In this document: positions 59,786-64,000 of the stretch, in pieces | How positions within the stretch are numbered: position 1 is the first letter of the stretch | Layout of the letters: each line of letters opens with the position of its first letter | Source: a virus | Taxonomy: Duplodnaviria; Caudoviricetes | Length of the DNA stretch: 64,000 nt | Virus record (IMG/VR): IMGVR_UViG_3300007516_001784 | Coordinates: 27,429-91,428 of that record | Direction: 5' to 3' (one strand) | Notes under the pieces: model-generated | What the model saw: the letters and a program-made list of their open reading frames with translations, nothing else | Database searches by the model: none | Told to the model about the DNA's origin: nothing | Translations under genes and position numbers: made by a program

Positions 59786-60411
59786 ATCAGCACACTAACG
59801 TAGTAGAACTGATCGGACATTATGGTGGTGACGAGTCACATGCTCTGTCTGCGTGGACTAGTACAAGCCGCGATCTTACAGACGAGAAGCGTGGGCGTAT
59901 GGGTCGTCTACTTGAATCTCTTGCTAAGGCAGGTCATCACACACCATTTGAAAAAAGTCAATTGCATTTTCTTGTCACTTGTGATACCGCAAGTCACATT
60001 CATATCATTAAGCATCGCATCGGTGTTAGTGTGAATGCCGAATCTGCTCGTTACAAGGAACTCAAAGAAGACAAATATTATCTGCCACAAGACTGGTCTC
60101 AAGAATCACGAGATGATCTTGAGTGTAGCATAAAGAAATGCTATGTGGAATACCACCGTTATGTGCGTGAGCTTGAAAAACAAGGCATTGACAAAAAACG
60201 TGCTAAAGAATCCGCACGCTTCATTCTTCCTTACGCTAATCAGTTGGTGCTTGATGTGAGTTTTAACTTTCGTTCCTTTATGCACTTCCAAGGACTGAGA
60301 AATAACGAACATGCTCAGCTAGAGATTCGGACAATCGCTCAACAAATGTTGCGTTTAGTTAAAGACACTGGTCAGTTTGACATGTCATTGAAGGCATTTG
60401 AATATGCTTAA
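59782..60411 (+). CDS. thyX: Flavin-dependent thymidylate synthase
   Basis: GHHTPFE, KHRIGVSVNAESARY, ESARFILP, NFRS, HAQLEIR. Confidence 0.93.
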   Translation: MNQHTNVVELIGHYGGDESHALSAWTSTSRDLTDEKRGRMGRLLESLAKAGHHTPFEKSQLHFLVTCDTASHIHIIKHRIGVSVNAESARYKELKEDKYYLPQDWSQESRDDLECSIKKCYVEYHRYVRELEKQGIDKKRAKESARFILPYANQLVLDVSFNFRSFMHFQGLRNNEHAQLEIRTIAQQMLRLVKDTGQFDMSLKAFEYA

Positions 60412-60440
60412 CTTATGGTCTAATTGACGTTCTTTCAAGA

Positions 60441-60476
60441 CCCGCTAAAAGCGGGCCTTAGTGTATTCATCTAAGG
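60441..60476 (+). promoter_or_regulatory. Hairpin (CCCGCT-AAA-AGCGGG) followed by the TTAGTGTATT putative late promoter (60458-60467)
   Basis: Sits at the boundary between metabolic and virion modules; motif also flanked by a CCTTAG/CTAAGG inverted repeat. Confidence 0.55.
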
Positions 60477-60514
60477 TCGGGTATCGTTTTTGTACCTTTT
60501 CAAGGAAGTTCAGT

Positions 60515-60961
60515 ATGACCTCAATAGTAGCATCAATCGTAGGCAGTGGAACATTGCCTTTTACTCGTGCAATTCTTCCACCTTCTCAGCGTGGCACCCA
60601 ACTTGGTTCCGAGGGTGTTCGCACCGGAACACAGGTAATGATTGGCAACCCCGAAGACATGAATTCGGTTGATGCCTTTGCCGTCTCTGGTGTGTCGCTG
60701 GCGGGAACTCCTGTGCGAATCTGGGGACCGGGTATTAGCTCGTTACCTAGACAGCGAGAAGTGACGATTAAAAATCAAGGACCGGGCTCTGTTTACATTG
60801 GCCCAAACTCAACTGCTGTCATTGCACCCAGTGGTTTCCAGATCAATCCACCTACGGCGAACAACACGTTCAACGAAGTAAAGCTTCCATTCTTGTGGAA
60901 CGTAGACATTTGGGCTAGAGCAGATGGTGCCGGTGCGTCGGTAACTATTATCGCTTGCTGA
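60515..60961 (+). CDS. Putative virion protein (paralog of 60989..61423)
   Basis: RBS AAGGAAG before ATG 60515; SIVGSGT.P and REVTIKNQGPGSVYIG. Confidence 0.65.
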   Translation: MTSIVASIVGSGTLPFTRAILPPSQRGTQLGSEGVRTGTQVMIGNPEDMNSVDAFAVSGVSLAGTPVRIWGPGISSLPRQREVTIKNQGPGSVYIGPNSTAVIAPSGFQINPPTANNTFNEVKLPFLWNVDIWARADGAGASVTIIAC

Positions 60962-60988
60962 TGACACAACCCCTTTAAAGGGGAGCCC

Positions 60989-61423
60989 ATGTCCTTAGAA
61001 TACAGCACAATTATTGGCTCAGGTACAACTCCTCATCTAGCACCGTCGCCGGTCTATAACTTTCTAGATGGTACGTTTCCGATTCCTGATCAACGCACGG
61101 ACCTTCGTGCCCGTCGTGGCGAAGGCACCGTCATTCTCAATCCCGAGAACTTCTCGGTGTCGATTGGATTGCGTCAGCAGGCCATATCTGTTTCAAGCGA
61201 AATAGCACTGCCGCTAAATCCCCTGGAGAATAGACGTGCTCTTGTTTTGCACAACGCTGGTCCAGGTATACTGTATATCGGATTATCTGGTGTCACTACT
61301 ATTGATGGTTTCCCAATTGCTGTAAATGAAAAGATAGCAATTGACTGCCAGGGAACCCCGAACGTAACCCTTTACGGCGTCTCTGACTCGACTTGCGATG
61401 TCAGAGTGCTTGAGTTTGCGTAA
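60989..61423 (+). CDS. Putative virion protein (paralog of 60515..60961)
   Basis: TIIGSGT.P and RRALVLHNAGPGILYIG. Confidence 0.65.
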   Translation: MSLEYSTIIGSGTTPHLAPSPVYNFLDGTFPIPDQRTDLRARRGEGTVILNPENFSVSIGLRQQAISVSSEIALPLNPLENRRALVLHNAGPGILYIGLSGVTTIDGFPIAVNEKIAIDCQGTPNVTLYGVSDSTCDVRVLEFA

Positions 61424-61815
61424 TGGTCAGCATTGGCGGTATCGTATCGCTTGGCGGGGGCACAAGCGGTGGGGGCGGCGGGTCTACATCCGGCATCCAG
61501 TCTATCAACAGCCAGACTGGCCCGACTGTTTCATTCACTGGCGTCAACGGCATTGTAGTGACCGCTGGCGGCAACCAGATTGTTATCGACGGTGCGGGTG
61601 CATCAGGCGTAACGAGCAAGTTCGCACAGTCCTTTTCTTCTATTTCAAGTGGATTGTTTACGCATGGATTAGGTACTTTAGATATACTTGTTCAGGTGTA
61701 CGATAATGGCTCTCCTAGACGTGCCATGATGCCTGACGATATTATTATTGAGAATACTACACAAGTGTCACTAATCTTCAATACTCCACAATCTGGACGT
61801 GTTGTGATTGTTTAG
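61423..61815 (+). CDS. Putative tail fibre/virion accessory protein
   Basis: IQSINSQTGPTV fibre-type motif; C-terminal THGLGT.D..VQVYD domain shared with the next gene. Confidence 0.65.
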   Translation: MVSIGGIVSLGGGTSGGGGGSTSGIQSINSQTGPTVSFTGVNGIVVTAGGNQIVIDGAGASGVTSKFAQSFSSISSGLFTHGLGTLDILVQVYDNGSPRRAMMPDDIIIENTTQVSLIFNTPQSGRVVIV

Positions 61816-61821
61816 TGTAAT
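61812..61821 (+). promoter_or_regulatory. TTAGTGTAAT variant of the late motif
   Basis: 1 mismatch; at the gene boundary before the GGAGG RBS and ATG 61840. Confidence 0.45.
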
Positions 61822-61839
61822 TATATTTGGAGGAACACC

Positions 61840-62610
61840 ATGGTAAGACTAAATGGCGATCTCATTCCCGGTAGTAGTGGTCAAGCACACTTGGGCGTGA
61901 ACGGTGGCGTAGGCGATGCATTTGATATAACCACGCTAACACCGTTTGGTCATATTCATATGAACTCTGGCGTCTGGCACGATCCTATGACGGGTCAATC
62001 AGGCGTCCTTAGATATAGCCAAGCCGCAAGTGCGTTTCAGATCTCTATTGATGGAGGTCGTACGTTCAATAACTTGGTTACAAGTGCCGGAACTGTTACG
62101 TCCGTTGGTGTAATTGGTGGTGCTAATCTTACTGGCAATATCGACCTAGCGACCCAAGCGAGCGGCTTCCTTGCTATCTTTGACACTGCTGGGGCAAGCC
62201 CAATCAATTTTGCCGTTGATCATCTAGGTCTATCTGGCCTGTGGAAATTCCCAACACAAGGCTTCAATGGATCTGTTGTCAATCAATTGACAGACTTTAA
62301 TGGCACGACAGTACAGGGCTCAGTCAGTGTAGTTGGTGCCTCTGGTGTTGTTGTTGATATTATTGGTCAAGTTATGACCATTACCGCTGGCAATACACTT
62401 CTAAGATCATTTGCTCAAACGTTTGTTGCTGCTACGTCTTGGATCGTCACGCACAATCTTGGTACGGCTGACGTATCTGTTGATGTATACGATTCAAGTA
62501 GTCCACGTCTAGCAATCATTCCTGATGCTATTGCTATTACGGACACCAATACTGTAACGGTGACATTCAACGTTCCTCAGGCTGGACGAATTATCATCAC
62601 AGGATTCTAA
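61840..62610 (+). CDS. Putative tail fibre protein
   Basis: GTVTSVG motif; N-terminus shared with the 62612 gene; C-terminal VTHNLGT.DV.V.VYD domain. Confidence 0.7.
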   Translation: MVRLNGDLIPGSSGQAHLGVNGGVGDAFDITTLTPFGHIHMNSGVWHDPMTGQSGVLRYSQAASAFQISIDGGRTFNNLVTSAGTVTSVGVIGGANLTGNIDLATQASGFLAIFDTAGASPINFAVDHLGLSGLWKFPTQGFNGSVVNQLTDFNGTTVQGSVSVVGASGVVVDIIGQVMTITAGNTLLRSFAQTFVAATSWIVTHNLGTADVSVDVYDSSSPRLAIIPDAIAITDTNTVTVTFNVPQAGRIIITGF

Positions 62611-62611
62611 C

Positions 62612-64000
62612 ATGGCGAGAGAAACTGGTGACTTGTGGCCGCAGTCTAGTGGTTCTGCATCTTTAGGTGCGGAGATGAGTAATGGTGGATTTACTGGAGC
62701 GATACGTCCATTCGCTCATGTACATATGTACAGTGGTATATTTCATAATTCACTTGATAGTTCTGGTATCATTAGATTAGACATAGGCAAGGGGCTTTTT
62801 AATGCATTTAATCCAGTATTTGGATTTTCCCTTAACGGTGGACAAAATTATCCACTTGAAATTGGCTCATCTGCTATTAACAGCGAAAATATTAGCATAG
62901 AAACTCCAAGAGGTTCCCTAGGACTCGCCGCCAGTGGTGGCGTTGCTGTCAACTCACAGACTGCTAATATAGTAATAAGTGCAGCAAGCGACATTGGCCT
63001 TGCAAGTATCACCGGACAAATTACCCTAGGTGCCGAAGCCGGCAACATTAGCGTAGTCGCAGATGGACCTACCGGAACTCTTGATCTGTTTGGTAATTTT
63101 GATGCTTTTTTAAGGAGTGCAGACGATGTTACAATCAGCACATTGCCAAATGGCAATAACATTTCTGTTCTTGCCGGACAACAAGTCAGACTAAACTGCT
63201 TTGCAGGTAGTGGAGTTTTCGAATATCGTTTTGGTCCATACCAATCTTGGTACATGCAGACTACCCACGCTAACACTGGCGGTCCATTCAACGATGGATA
63301 CTGGCCTATTGCTCACTCGGGTAACGTTAGTCAAATGATCAATCAGGCCGTACTCGGCCTGAGCAGCGGATTGCAGGTCGCCTATAATGGTGGTCGTCGT
63401 ATCATCACGAACAGTACAATAGGCGACCTGGAGTTCGTCTCCGATACAGCCAAGACTAAGTTCGCTGGTACGACTCGTGCATCATTGAATATGTCTGGTG
63501 TATTGACACGTCCTAGTACGTCGCTTGAAATTGGCGATATGTGGATGTATGATAACAGTGCTATTGAGGCACTTGGCAATAATACAAATGCCTCTAGTCA
63601 TGCTGAGTCTACCGCTAAGGCTCTTGGATTAGCTACGCTATGTTATAACACTGGTTCTGGCGTCATTAATATCTCGAATGGATCGGGCATTATTCAGTAC
63701 TTTAACAACAACACCATGCAGGTGACTTTAGTTGCTCAGGTCATTCCGTTCAATACGGACTTTCCTATTAGTGACAGGAATTATGGACTCGGTACTGGTT
63801 CTGCTAGCGGTCAAGTGACTATCTTTTCGCCAGGACTCTATCGTGCAACCTATAAAATTCTATTGAACAAGACAGTCGGCACTACTCCACAAACTTGTAC
63901 TATAAATGCACGCCAAAATGGTGGCAATCTTTTGGGATCTGCTACTAGTACATTCCATTTCAATAATACAACAGCGGCTCAAAATGCTGGTAGTGCTGTC
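62612..64000 (+). CDS. Putative tail fibre protein, runs off the window end (missing from the ORF track)
   Basis: Manual translation MARETGDLWPQSSGSASLG..PFAHVHMYSGIFH shows no stop to 64000; distal IPFNTD..GQVTIFSPGLYRATY resembles a C1q/BclA-C-type domain. Confidence 0.75.
   Translation, partial: MARETGDLWPQSSGSASLGAEMSNGGFTGAIRPFAHVHMYSGIFHNSLDSSGIIRLDIGKGLFNAFNPVFGFSLNGGQNYPLEIGSSAINSENISIETPRGSLGLAASGGVAVNSQTANIVISAASDIGLASITGQITLGAEAGNISVVADGPTGTLDLFGNFDAFLRSADDVTISTLPNGNNISVLAGQQVRLNCFAGSGVFEYRFGPYQSWYMQTTHANTGGPFNDGYWPIAHSGNVSQMINQAVLGLSSGLQVAYNGGRRIITNSTIGDLEFVSDTAKTKFAGTTRASLNMSGVLTRPSTSLEIGDMWMYDNSAIEALGNNTNASSHAESTAKALGLATLCYNTGSGVINISNGSGIIQYFNNNTMQVTLVAQVIPFNTDFPISDRNYGLGTGSASGQVTIFSPGLYRATYKILLNKTVGTTPQTCTINARQNGGNLLGSATSTFHFNNTTAAQNAGSAV

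Noticed and set aside
60441-60455. Intrinsic terminator after thyX
   Set aside because: The 6-bp stem lacks a proper U-tract; reported only as part of a regulatory boundary
520-63579. Numerous short minus-strand and nested + strand ORFs in the track
   Set aside because: Nearly all overlap longer, motif-bearing + strand genes and show no recognisable motifs
1-64000. Stop-codon reassignment, tRNA genes, diversity-generating retroelement
   Set aside because: Genes are full length in the standard code and end in TAA, TAG and TGA; no cloverleaf noticed in the short gaps; no reverse transcriptase or TR/VR pair seen

Overview
A 64-kb slice of a large (jumbo-type) tailed-phage genome. Every credible gene is on the + strand, tightly packed, in the standard genetic code. 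There are five modules. (1) Tail/virion module, 1-22.7 kb: putative chaperones, a 1796-aa tape measure protein, a 1601-aa multi-LamG/PKD protein and other virion proteins. (2) Bacterial-type replication module, 22.8-34.2 kb: RecA, DnaB, DnaG, Cas4-like nuclease, ClpP, DnaE and a sigma factor. (3) A ~19-kb glycan island, 34.2-53.2 kb: 11 glycosyltransferase-like genes, 4 SAM methyltransferases, a PMI-type cupin, gmd, fcl, IMPDH/GMPR and IscA. (4) Nucleotide metabolism and recombination genes, 53-60.4 kb: annealing protein, MazG, FAD oxidoreductase, class II RNR and ThyX. (5) A second virion/fibre module from 60.5 kb to the end. The most interesting signal is a strong enrichment of Ser-Gly-(V/I/L) in the putative external virion proteins, absent from the tape measure and the enzymes. 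Together with the glycan island this suggests a phage-encoded, sequon-directed virion O-glycosylation system (an inference, not shown). Two candidate promoter classes and relics of gene swapping in the glycan island are also visible. All family calls come from motif recognition by eye and all counts are manual; no database search was run.
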